DNA from: a bacterium
GTDB taxonomy: Bacteria; Zhuqueibacterota; Zhuqueibacteria; Oceanimicrobiales; Oceanimicrobiaceae
DNA length: 64,000 bases
Assembly: GCA_046757025.1 (NCBI GenBank)
Contig: JBHHXN010000008.1
Coordinates: 1-64,000, forward strand
Reading direction: 5' to 3'
The notes under the pieces are model-generated. The model was given only the letters and a program-made list of their open reading frames with translations, was not told where the DNA came from and searched no databases. Positions 10,454 through 19,499 of this stretch are shown here, piece by piece; the stretch's first letter is position 1, and each line of letters opens with the position of its first letter. The position numbers and the translations under genes are program-made.

Positions 10454-11536
10454 ATGTCGGTCATATCTGATTGGTCACGCCAGGAGTTTATTGGTAACCC
10501 GCTTTCGGATTATCTACTATTTTTTCTGATTCTTTTTTCCGTTTATGCGAGCTTTGCATTTTTTATGCGCCTGCTGAGGTCACGTCTGGTGAAAAAAATT
10601 GCCGATGACCGTAGCAGGCTGTTTGAACGCATCATAGGATTCACTCGCAGACCGTTCCGCTTGTTGATGGTGACCTTTGCCTTCTGGCTCGGCGTGAGAA
10701 TATTTAATCTACCGGAAATCGCCAAAGCGGTTGTTCAAAATGTATTTATCGCTTTGCTGGCAGTGACAGTTTGCTACGTTTTACTGCGGGTGGTGGATGC
10801 GGTGGCTGAATTTTTTAGGCCAAAGGTGGCGAAAACCGAATCGAAACTCGACGATCATCTTTTGCCAATCATCAACTCCACCCTCAAAGCCTTTATCATC
10901 ATTGTGGCTATTCTGCTGGTGATTCAGAATTGGGGGTACAATATCACCAGCTTGTTGGCGGGCTTGGGTTTAGGTGGGTTGGCGGTGGCATTAGCTGCTC
11001 AAGATACGCTTACGAATGTTTTTGGGGCGGTTGCCATTTTTGTGGATCAGCCATTTCATGTGGGAGACTTGGTGGCTCTGGAGGGGTTCACTGGCAGCAT
11101 CGAATCCATTGGTGTGAGGAGCACAAGGCTGCGCACCTTTGATGGCACCCTGGTTACTTTCCCCAATAGTATCGTGGCCAAAGCCAAGATCGACAATCTT
11201 ACGGCACGGCCGACTCGACGTACCGTTTTTACCATCGGCGTAACTTATGACACCGGTTATGACAAGCTGCAAAAAGCCGTGCAAATTTTACGGGAGGTCA
11301 TGACAGAGCATGCGGGGACCGCTCAATGTCGCGCCTATTTTAACAGCTACGGCGATTTCTCGCTTAATATTCTGGCGCAACACTGGTGCAAATATCTCGA
11401 TTATGAAATGTATTTGCAATGCCTGGAAGAAATAAATTTTGAAATTATGAAACGGTTTGAGGAGGCGCAGATTGAATTTGCCTTCCCGACGCAGACTCTG
11501 TATCTCAAGTCGGAATCGCAGGAAAAAGATGGATAA
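10454..11536 (+). CDS. mscS: Small-conductance mechanosensitive channel (MscS family)
   Basis: TM helices, LLAGLGLGGLAVALAAQDTL, DQPFHVGD, IGVRSTRLRTFDG, IEFAFPTQT motifs; GAGG RBS. Confidence 0.9.
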   Translation: MSVISDWSRQEFIGNPLSDYLLFFLILFSVYASFAFFMRLLRSRLVKKIADDRSRLFERIIGFTRRPFRLLMVTFAFWLGVRIFNLPEIAKAVVQNVFIALLAVTVCYVLLRVVDAVAEFFRPKVAKTESKLDDHLLPIINSTLKAFIIIVAILLVIQNWGYNITSLLAGLGLGGLAVALAAQDTLTNVFGAVAIFVDQPFHVGDLVALEGFTGSIESIGVRSTRLRTFDGTLVTFPNSIVAKAKIDNLTARPTRRTVFTIGVTYDTGYDKLQKAVQILREVMTEHAGTAQCRAYFNSYGDFSLNILAQHWCKYLDYEMYLQCLEEINFEIMKRFEEAQIEFAFPTQTLYLKSESQEKDG

Positions 11537-11751
11537 GCTGAATTCCAAACATGAACGGTCACCGCTGCTCAATTTGTTGCGTAAAGATAATCAACATCAT
11601 GCAATTTATCGGTGTATTTTTTCGTTTAAAAGATAAAGAATCCAAACGAGCAGAATCCGGCAGTCAATTGATAAGCAGCACCACCGACGAACCCCTAAAG
11701 CAAACTTGAAGTAGCAGACTTTATTAAAAAATCAAATATTCTAGACAAAGC

Positions 11752-12972
11752 ATGTCAAAGACACAACAAAAAAAAATTAAACCACCGCCGAAAATCCTGA
11801 TTGTGGACGACGATGAAATCGTGACCCAAACCTTAACCGCGTATTTGCAGTTAGAAACCGATTACGAGATTTACACCTGTCAATCGCCGCAAGCAGCGTT
11901 GAATCTGTTAAAAAGAATTTCTGTGGACGTGGTGATTTCGGATTTCTTAATGCAGGAAATGAACGGACTGCAGTTTTTGGGTGAAGTGGAAAGCCTGTAT
12001 CCAGAAACCACACGCATTTTGCTCACCGGCTATGCCGACAAAGAAAACGCCATCAAAGCGATTAATGAGGTAAACATTTTCCAGTATATCGAAAAACCCT
12101 GGGACAATGAGCAATTGAAGTTGATCATTCGCAATGGTTTACGCAACAAAAATCTAAATACCGTTCTCCAGGAGAAAATAAGTGAGTTAGACAGCGTATT
12201 GCTGGAAAGAGACACGCTGGCCGAACAAAATGAGATGTTAAAAGAAGAGTTGCTTCTGGCCCGAAACGTACAGGAAAGCATGCTGCCGCAGACTTTTCCG
12301 GGTTTGAACGGACTGTCGATCTCAGCAAAATATTTGCCTGCCTTGGAAGTCGGGGGTGATTTTTATGACGTCGTTCCGCTGGCGAATGAGCATGCGGCCG
12401 TGTTGATGGCCGATGTGACAGGACATGGCATAAAAGCCGCGCTGATAACCGTGCTGTTGAAATCGGAATTTTCCACATATAAAGGCTGCCAGGTCAGTCC
12501 CACCGATATTATTTTACACATGAATAAAGTTCTGAAAAAAGTGCTTCCAAAAGGGCTGTTTGTGGCTGCGCTGGTGATGACCCTTAATTTGAAAAACGGT
12601 CATTGCCGAATCGTGAACGGCGGCGTGCCGTATCCCTATTTGGTTCGCCTAAAAGAGCGATCGGTTGAGCGCATTCATGCCAATGGTTTGCTGTTGGGAG
12701 TGGCGGATGATGAAATGTACACGCCGGGTAAAGAATTTTCCGTTCAATTACAAAAAGGTGATCGCTTGATACTTTTTACCGACGGTTTGAGCGAAGCAGA
12801 AAATGAACGAGAAGAACACTTTGATGCCGAGTCCATGGCAGATTGTTTATTGCAAAATATCCAAAAAAGCAGCGTGGAATTGCTCGACGATTTGACCGAA
12901 GCGGTAGCGAAATTTAGCAAGCCAGAGCACCGCTGGGATGACATCGCGATTCTGGGGATAGAGAGCACTTAA
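11752..12972 (+). CDS. Response regulator receiver fused to PP2C/SpoIIE (RsbU-like) phosphatase
   Basis: ILIVDDD, VISDFLM, LTGYAD, YIEKPW receiver motifs; coiled coil; GGDFYD, DVTGHG, TDG, DD PP2C motifs. Confidence 0.9.
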   Translation: MSKTQQKKIKPPPKILIVDDDEIVTQTLTAYLQLETDYEIYTCQSPQAALNLLKRISVDVVISDFLMQEMNGLQFLGEVESLYPETTRILLTGYADKENAIKAINEVNIFQYIEKPWDNEQLKLIIRNGLRNKNLNTVLQEKISELDSVLLERDTLAEQNEMLKEELLLARNVQESMLPQTFPGLNGLSISAKYLPALEVGGDFYDVVPLANEHAAVLMADVTGHGIKAALITVLLKSEFSTYKGCQVSPTDIILHMNKVLKKVLPKGLFVAALVMTLNLKNGHCRIVNGGVPYPYLVRLKERSVERIHANGLLLGVADDEMYTPGKEFSVQLQKGDRLILFTDGLSEAENEREEHFDAESMADCLLQNIQKSSVELLDDLTEAVAKFSKPEHRWDDIAILGIEST

Positions 12973-13085
12973 AATCTTCCCCCTCGTACTTGGACCATCG
13001 GGAATTTTCAGTAGCAAAATCAACCATTTTTTCCATTCTACAAAGTTCCTTTAAAGCCGGTAGCGGGGAATTCAAGAAAATTTCC

Positions 13086-13113
13086 TTGACAAAGGTTTTT
13101 TTTTTCTTATTTT
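13086..13113 (+). promoter_or_regulatory. Putative sigma70 promoter of radical SAM gene
   Basis: TTGACA 13086-13091, 16 bp spacer, TATTTT 13108-13113. Confidence 0.4.
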
Positions 13114-13181
13114 TGAACGCACGTTAACATTTGCCCTTCTTAAATCTTTTTACCATTCCTAATTAAAATTAAGGAAAATTT

Positions 13182-14840
13182 ATGAAAATTACCTATATAC
13201 ATCCTCTTTTTCCGGATACGCTCTGGAGCTTTCGAGGAATTCGTTCTATCACCGGCGCCCGTACCGCCTTTGCACCGCTGGGGCTTGCCACCGCTGTCGC
13301 TTTAACCCCTGACCATTGGGAAATTGAAATTTTCGATGAAGAAATCGAACCCATCAATTACGACACCGACGCAGATTTGATCGCCATCACGGCCTTCAAT
13401 GTGCAAGCACAAAGAGCTTACGAGATCGCCAAAAAATTTCAGAAACGTGGAAAGCCGGTGGTTTTCGGCGGTCCCTATGCCTCGCTTTGTCCGGAAAACG
13501 TTCGTCCGTATTTTGATACCGTTATTTCCGGTGAATGTGAATACATCTGGCCGGAATTTTTGAATGATTTTAAAAATGGCCGTCAAAAAGATTTTTACCT
13601 ACAGGAAGAAAAGGTCGATATGGCAGATTCACCGCTGCCGGCTTTTGATAAGCTCAAAGCAAATGCCTACCAGGCCTTTTATGTTCAGACCACTCGCGGT
13701 TGTCCGTTCGATTGTGAATTTTGCGATATCATCATTACCGATGGCCGCATACCGCGGGTGAAATCGGTTGAGCAGGTCATGGCGGAAGTGCAAAATCTCA
13801 TGGAGTTGGGGGTTCGTTATGTGACATTTAGCGACGCCAATTTTATCGCGAATACAAAGTTCGCGAAAGAGTTAACGCACGAGCTGATCCGTTTTTGTGA
13901 GACAAACAATTATCCCATCTCTTTTGCTTGTGAAGCGACTTTGAATCTGGCCAGCAAGGATGAGTTGCTGCGGCTCATGCAGGCGGCCAATTTTGAAACC
14001 GTTTTTATCGGCATTGAATCCCCGCGTATGGAAAGTCTCATGGAAACCAACAAGCGCCAAAACACCCATCATCCCATTGTCCATGACGTACATAAGATAC
14101 AGTCTTACAACATGGTGGTGATTGCCGGCATGATCGTGGGGTTTGACAACGACGACAAAAATATTTTCCAGGAGCAATTTGATTTTTTAATGGAAGCCGG
14201 AATTCCTTTTACAACCTCTGGCATTTTGGTGGCCATTGAAAAAACCCCGCTGTATTTGCGGATGCAGCGTGAGGGGCGGTTGTTGGAATACGATTATGAA
14301 AACCAAAAAGCGCACGGTGCCGCAGATATTAATTTTATACCCAAGCAAATGACGCGTGAAGAAATTCTCACCGGTTACAACTGGTTGATTCGGGCATTGT
14401 ATAAATATGAAAATTATTCCAAACGCTTGATTACCGCCATGCAGAACTTTACGCCCGGTCTCACAAAGTTTCGTCAGAACCGGCCCTTCACCACTCTGAA
14501 AACGCCAAAAATATTGTTAAACATCGCCAAACATTTTATCTTTACGAAAAACAAAAAGCTGCGCAGATTCTTTTTTAACACCTTAAAAGCTAGTTTGATG
14601 GGGCATTTCTCCGTTCGAAAATTTGTGGAAGCCACTTCTTTTATGACGCTGCACAAGCATTTTCACGAATATATTTCAAAGACGCACGGCGACCCGGAAA
14701 CCGTGGGTACGCTTTCTCCCTTTAGCAATGACGCCTATGAAAGGGTCGTTTTACCTGAAAATGATAAATTCGAAATTGCAAAGTTGGCTCCGGAGTTTAA
14801 AGAAAATGAGGCAGAGATTTCTAGTACAAAAATTGATTAA
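13182..14840 (+). CDS. B12-binding domain radical SAM protein (DUF4070-type C-terminus)
   Basis: N-terminal PLGLAT...GGPYAS...GE.E cobalamin-binding domain; TRGCPFDCEFCD CxxxCxxC; FIGIES; GMIVGFDND; TPLY.R. Confidence 0.88.
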   Translation: MKITYIHPLFPDTLWSFRGIRSITGARTAFAPLGLATAVALTPDHWEIEIFDEEIEPINYDTDADLIAITAFNVQAQRAYEIAKKFQKRGKPVVFGGPYASLCPENVRPYFDTVISGECEYIWPEFLNDFKNGRQKDFYLQEEKVDMADSPLPAFDKLKANAYQAFYVQTTRGCPFDCEFCDIIITDGRIPRVKSVEQVMAEVQNLMELGVRYVTFSDANFIANTKFAKELTHELIRFCETNNYPISFACEATLNLASKDELLRLMQAANFETVFIGIESPRMESLMETNKRQNTHHPIVHDVHKIQSYNMVVIAGMIVGFDNDDKNIFQEQFDFLMEAGIPFTTSGILVAIEKTPLYLRMQREGRLLEYDYENQKAHGAADINFIPKQMTREEILTGYNWLIRALYKYENYSKRLITAMQNFTPGLTKFRQNRPFTTLKTPKILLNIAKHFIFTKNKKLRRFFFNTLKASLMGHFSVRKFVEATSFMTLHKHFHEYISKTHGDPETVGTLSPFSNDAYERVVLPENDKFEIAKLAPEFKENEAEISSTKID

Positions 14841-15256
14841 GTAAGGATTGAACGAAAACGCACCAAATTCTCAATCAGGCGTCCTCGCCTGCATCCAAAG
14901 AAGTAGTTTTATCCGATGTGGACGCATGCCAGAGCTTAGTAATGTTTTTTCGTTTAGACGCTATGCGTTCTATTTCAGAAATAGTTGTCGGGTTCATAAG
15001 AATATAGAGCCGTACTGCTCTTCACCCTGAGATTTTCGTCGCACTCAGGAATGAATACGTCGAATGCTGAAGTTAAGGGTTTCCTGAATTTGATTTGGGA
15101 CTCTCCATGAAGCCAGGTACCCGACAATTCATTTTGAAATGGAGCACGAATGACTCACTCGATTTATTTGTGTGCACCAGAACCTAAGATTTGTTCGATT
15201 ATTTCAAGTGTGATCTATTCAATCAGTTGCTTTATTTGAATCCTTGGGAGGTAACG

Positions 15257-16774
15257 ATGACAGAGCTACTTGATCGTTTGTTGAGCTTGTCAAATAAAGT
15301 TGCAAACTTCATGTGGGGCGAGTGGATGATTCTTTTGCTGGTGGGAACGGGTGTGTTGTTGACCTTCATGACTGGTTTTATTCAAATACGAAAGTTTGGT
15401 CTTTCCTTAACTCTGGTTTTTCAGGGCCGGAGTAAAAAGGGCCGGGAAAGGCTTAAAAAGGAAGAGGGAGATATTTCGCCTTTTGCCGCATTGATGACGG
15501 CTCTGGCAGCCACAGTCGGCAACGGAAATATCGCCGGCGTGGCGGCCGCCATTGCCACGGGCGGCCCCGGTGCACCATTCTGGATGTGGATTTCCGCTTT
15601 GTTTGGCATGGCTACTAAATACGCAGAAGGTTTTTTAGGAGTTAAATTTCGAAAGGTGGCCGAAGACGGTTCCATGTCTGGCGGCCCCATGTATTATATC
15701 CGATATGGAATAAAGAATCCGATTATTGCGAAATCGTTGGGTATGCTGTTTGCCGTTTGCGGCGCTGCGACCGCTTTATTCGGAACTGGCAACATGATGC
15801 AATCCAATTCCATGGCTCTGGCCTTTAAAACGCAGTTTCACGTACCCACCATCTTGAGCGCTTTGGTTATCACTTTTTTAGTTGGTTTGGTCGTTATCGG
15901 AGGAATCAAGCGAATCGGGGCAGTGGCGGAACGCCTGGTGCCTTCGATGATCGTGTTTTACTTTGTCGGAGCATTGGTTATCATAATTGCTAAATTCACA
16001 CAAATTCCCGCTGCTCTGGCATTAATTGTGAAATCTGCCTTTTCTGTGCAAGCGGTCGGCGGCGCTTTGATTGGAACCTCAGTAAAACAGGCCATCAGTT
16101 TGGGGGTGCGGCGAGGCGTGCTTTCCAACGAGGCGGGAATGGGTTCGGCCGCCATTGCACAGGCAGCGGCCAAATCACCCGACCCTACCTACAACGGCCT
16201 CATCGCCATGACCGGCGTGTTCATCGACACCATCCTGGTGAACACGTTAACCACGCTTTCGATTATCTTAACGGGACTGTGGAAGCTGACTCCTGCGGCC
16301 GGCATTGCGCTTCGAACACCGGGTCAGGTGTTCGATGTCAGCAACGTTTCGCAGCAGGCCATGGATTTTGCCAATAGTCTGGGTATCAACCTTGCGGAAA
16401 CCGGCGGCTTGACTAGCACCCAGCTAACGGCCGAAGCCTTTAACGCTGTGGTGCCTTACGGCGGCATGGGTATTGCCATCGCATCGCTGGTTTATGGATA
16501 CACCACGCTTATCGGCTGGGCCTATTATGGCGAACGCTGTGTGGAATATATTTTTGGAATCCGCTCCATTCTTACCTACCGTATCGTGTATATCGCGCTG
16601 CTCTTTATCGGAGCGCTCATGACGGGAAAATATTTAAACATTGTCTGGTATGTCGGCGACACGTTTAACGCGGTCATGTCGCTGCCGAATTTGATCGGCC
16701 TACTGTTTCTAGCCAAAATTGTGGCTTCCACCACTAAGAAATATTATCAGACCGGTCAGTTTGAAGAATTATAA
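15257..16774 (+). CDS. Alanine/glycine:cation symporter (AGCS family)
   Basis: ATG 15257 after GGAGG; ALAATVGNGNIAGVA.AI..GGPGA.FWMW, GGPMYY, RG.LSNEAGMGS, WAYYGE motifs. Confidence 0.92.
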   Translation: MTELLDRLLSLSNKVANFMWGEWMILLLVGTGVLLTFMTGFIQIRKFGLSLTLVFQGRSKKGRERLKKEEGDISPFAALMTALAATVGNGNIAGVAAAIATGGPGAPFWMWISALFGMATKYAEGFLGVKFRKVAEDGSMSGGPMYYIRYGIKNPIIAKSLGMLFAVCGAATALFGTGNMMQSNSMALAFKTQFHVPTILSALVITFLVGLVVIGGIKRIGAVAERLVPSMIVFYFVGALVIIIAKFTQIPAALALIVKSAFSVQAVGGALIGTSVKQAISLGVRRGVLSNEAGMGSAAIAQAAAKSPDPTYNGLIAMTGVFIDTILVNTLTTLSIILTGLWKLTPAAGIALRTPGQVFDVSNVSQQAMDFANSLGINLAETGGLTSTQLTAEAFNAVVPYGGMGIAIASLVYGYTTLIGWAYYGERCVEYIFGIRSILTYRIVYIALLFIGALMTGKYLNIVWYVGDTFNAVMSLPNLIGLLFLAKIVASTTKKYYQTGQFEEL

Positions 16775-16816
16775 TAGCTCACAGGAATACAACTGAAGTA
16801 GGACAATTCAAAATAC

Positions 16817-16845
16817 AGGCGGAGGACATTCATCCTTCGCCTTTT
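16817..16845 (+). terminator. Rho-independent terminator after AGCS gene
   Basis: aggcggagga-cattca-tccttcgcct stem-loop followed by ttt gttt. Confidence 0.7.
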
Positions 16846-16860
16846 GTTTGAGCAATTATA

Positions 16861-17290
16861 GACTCAAGTTTCGCAGTTATTTAATCAATTGTTTCCAATA
16901 TATTTTTTTTAACCTGAATTCACATAATTCTTTTATTATAACTATCGTTACAAAAATTCAAAAATATTAAATGTAGCCATTTATTTAAGAAGTCATTTTT
17001 AGATCGACTTTTTGATTTATTAGTTAAAAGGCGTTTTACACCTGAACGCAGGATTATCAAATAACCACTTTGATTTTAACGCAGAGGCCGCCGAGCGTTT
17101 CGCACAGAGAAATATTTTTCTCTGCGTCCTCTGCGTTAAATAAAAAGGTTAGAATGTGTAAATAAGTACTCAATCACTCTAATTTTGGAATATTAATGTA
17201 ATATCTTTAATATTAATTGCTTAACTACTAATTCATCAGTTTGGAACTTATTTGTGTTTGTTTACATTAACCAAGTGCGAAACTTGAGTT
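16861..17290. mobile_element. MITE-like element family A, copy 1 (~430 bp)
   Basis: Terminal inverted repeats GACTCAAGTTTCGCA / TGCGAAACTTGAGTT; aligns along its length, inverted, to 43071-43512; no transposase. Confidence 0.75.
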
Positions 17291-17443
17291 AGTGAGTAAC
17301 CCAATAGCCCAATTGGGACAAAAGTGTGCTCATATTTTACAAGATCAATAAGACGTAAACTACGTTTTTATTATTGTAAATTAATGTTAAAATGATAAAT
17401 TAAAGGAATCACGACTTAACTGTAAAATGAAAAAAGGCATTCA

Positions 17444-18646
17444 ATGATTCAACCAAAAATATTTTATCGCGATTTTGATAATCTGCTAAAAAACATTCGT
17501 CATAAAAAAAGCGGTAAAAATTATTTGTGTTCGATTTTGAGTGAAGTTCAAAACAATTTTGGGGATGCGTTAAATTTTAGCAATCTGAGCATTTATGAGG
17601 AAAAAGGCGATGATTTTGTACTGGTGAGCTCGCTTCCGGAAAGCAGCCAATTTTACAAAGCGCAAAATTTGTCGAAGGAATCGCCGGCTGTCCAGCAAGT
17701 ATTAAAGAACGGCACTTTCATATTTGATGAAAAAAAATATACCCTTGTCCCGGAAAAGAGCTCTAAATCGCACAGCATAATCCTTGCCGCTATGGTAATT
17801 CGCGGCCCGGTCCATCGCTGGCTGGTGTTGTTTGAATTACAATCAGGCTGGGTTCGCGATGAAGTGCTGTTTTCATTGAATGCCATTCGCACGGCGGTCA
17901 ACTACCGTTTGTTCTCCGATGCTGTGCAAAATGAGCTGCAACAAGCTGCTCAAATACAAAAGAGTCTATTGCCGCAACAAATTCCCAAAATAAAAGGCTA
18001 CCAAATTGCGGTACGTGCCTATACCACGGAGATTGTCGGAGGCGATCTGTATGATTTTTTTGAATTTGATGATAATAATTTTGGAGTCTGTATCGGCGAT
18101 GCCAGCGGTCATGGCATCCCGGCGGCGTTATTGGTTCGTGATATCGTTATCGGCTTGCGCATGGGATTGGAAAAACACATGAAAATGGTTTATACATTTC
18201 TCAAGCTCAATAGTGTGATTTATCGCAGTACCTATTCTTCCCGATTTGTATCCTTGTTCTACGGTGAAATCGAACAAGATGGTCATCTCATCTATATCAA
18301 CGCCGGTCATCCTGCGCCATTCCTGGTGAGTGGAAAGAAAGTCATTGAGTTAGAAGCTACCGGCCTTATACTTGGCGCTTTGCCCGAGATTACTTTACAC
18401 CGTTCTTATACGCAAATTGAACCCGACGCGGTTCTGGTCATGTTTAGCGATGGTATTTTTGAACGCCTAAATCAAAAAGACGCAATTTTTGGTATTCCAC
18501 GTCTCAAACAACTGGTGATTGAAAATCAAAAAAAAGATGCTCACGAAATTGTGGATATTTTATGTGAACATGTTTATCGATTTGGTAATCGCAGTAAGTG
18601 GGAAGATGACAGTACTTTGCTGGTCATCAAACGGGAGAGACCGTAA
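17444..18646 (+). CDS. PP2C/SpoIIE family phosphatase with N-terminal GAF-like region
   Basis: ELQQAAQIQKSLLP, GGDLYD, GDASGHG, NAGHP, FSDG, EDD.T motifs. Confidence 0.88.
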   Translation: MIQPKIFYRDFDNLLKNIRHKKSGKNYLCSILSEVQNNFGDALNFSNLSIYEEKGDDFVLVSSLPESSQFYKAQNLSKESPAVQQVLKNGTFIFDEKKYTLVPEKSSKSHSIILAAMVIRGPVHRWLVLFELQSGWVRDEVLFSLNAIRTAVNYRLFSDAVQNELQQAAQIQKSLLPQQIPKIKGYQIAVRAYTTEIVGGDLYDFFEFDDNNFGVCIGDASGHGIPAALLVRDIVIGLRMGLEKHMKMVYTFLKLNSVIYRSTYSSRFVSLFYGEIEQDGHLIYINAGHPAPFLVSGKKVIELEATGLILGALPEITLHRSYTQIEPDAVLVMFSDGIFERLNQKDAIFGIPRLKQLVIENQKKDAHEIVDILCEHVYRFGNRSKWEDDSTLLVIKRERP

Positions 18647-18946
18647 ACAACTGACTCGATTAAAGCGACCGTTTTCGTTCTCAGAAACGCCTCTTCACTT
18701 GTAAATCAATCCACAGTTTTATTTTGTAATATGAATGATTCGTTGAAAAATTAGCCTGCGACTCCGCTCAGGCTGAAGCGCACTAATTCATGGTGAGTCC
18801 CGAAAAAAATCCGGGAAACCATGGAAACTCTACAATAATCCATTAAAACAGATTTTCAAATGGTCATTCATACTTGTAATCTTCCTTTTGAATTTTTTCA
18901 AGTATGAAATTTTTTTTCATCCAGTTCTGCATTTAATAAAAAAAGC

Positions 18947-18978
18947 TTGACATTTCTCCCAAATAGGTGTATATTCAC
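18947..18978 (+). promoter_or_regulatory. sigma70 promoter of marR overlapped by palindromic operator
   Basis: TTGACA 18947-18952, 17 bp spacer, TATATT 18970-18975; near-palindrome GTGTATATTCAC 18967-18978. Confidence 0.7.
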
Positions 18979-18982
18979 GCAA

Positions 18983-19435
18983 ATGAATGAATTGATTGAA
19001 AAATTAACATCCTCCCAGGTTTCCGAGTGCGCCTGTTTTAATCTTCGAAAAACCGCACGCGCCGTGACTCAATTTTATGATAGCTGTTTGAAATCGAGTG
19101 GATTAAGAGGAACTCAATTTACTTTGCTCTCTGTCATAGCCGGCAATAAAAGGATTACCATATCAAAATTAGCCCATAAGTTGGTGATGGAGCGCACCAC
19201 TTTGACGCGCAATTTGCGTCCCCTCGCCAGGCAAGGTCTGGTTGAAATCATACCAGGTAACGACAAACGCACTCGCTTTGTGGAATTAACTCCAAAGGGC
19301 CGCAACACTTTGCTTAATGCGCTGCCCTTTTGGCAGAAGGCACAAAAAAAGATTCAAAAGGATTTGGGCAAAACTCAATTCCAAAGTTTACTGCAGAATC
19401 TTTCCAATACCCTTGAACGGATTTTTCTGCAGTAA
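18983..19435 (+). CDS. MarR family winged-helix regulator (CxC N-terminal subtype)
   Basis: CACFNLRKTARAVTQFYD...GLRGTQF.LL...MERTTLTRNL.PL...D.R.R.V.LT.KG; ATG 18983. Confidence 0.9.
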   Translation: MNELIEKLTSSQVSECACFNLRKTARAVTQFYDSCLKSSGLRGTQFTLLSVIAGNKRITISKLAHKLVMERTTLTRNLRPLARQGLVEIIPGNDKRTRFVELTPKGRNTLLNALPFWQKAQKKIQKDLGKTQFQSLLQNLSNTLERIFLQ

Positions 19436-19457
19436 AGAAAAAATTTTAAAATAATAA

Positions 19458-19469
19458 GTGTATATACAC
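19458..19469. promoter_or_regulatory. Palindromic putative MarR operator
   Basis: Perfect palindrome GTGTATATACAC between marR and the next gene; one mismatch to the site in the marR promoter. Confidence 0.6.
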
Positions 19470-19499
19470 AGTATATTAAACTATTTCAGGAGGTACTGA

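Noticed and set aside
14850..15250. Glycine riboswitch upstream of the Ala/Gly symporter
   Set aside because: Only a CTCAGG hairpin is seen; the GGAGA...CCGAAG core was not found (an Rfam scan would settle it)
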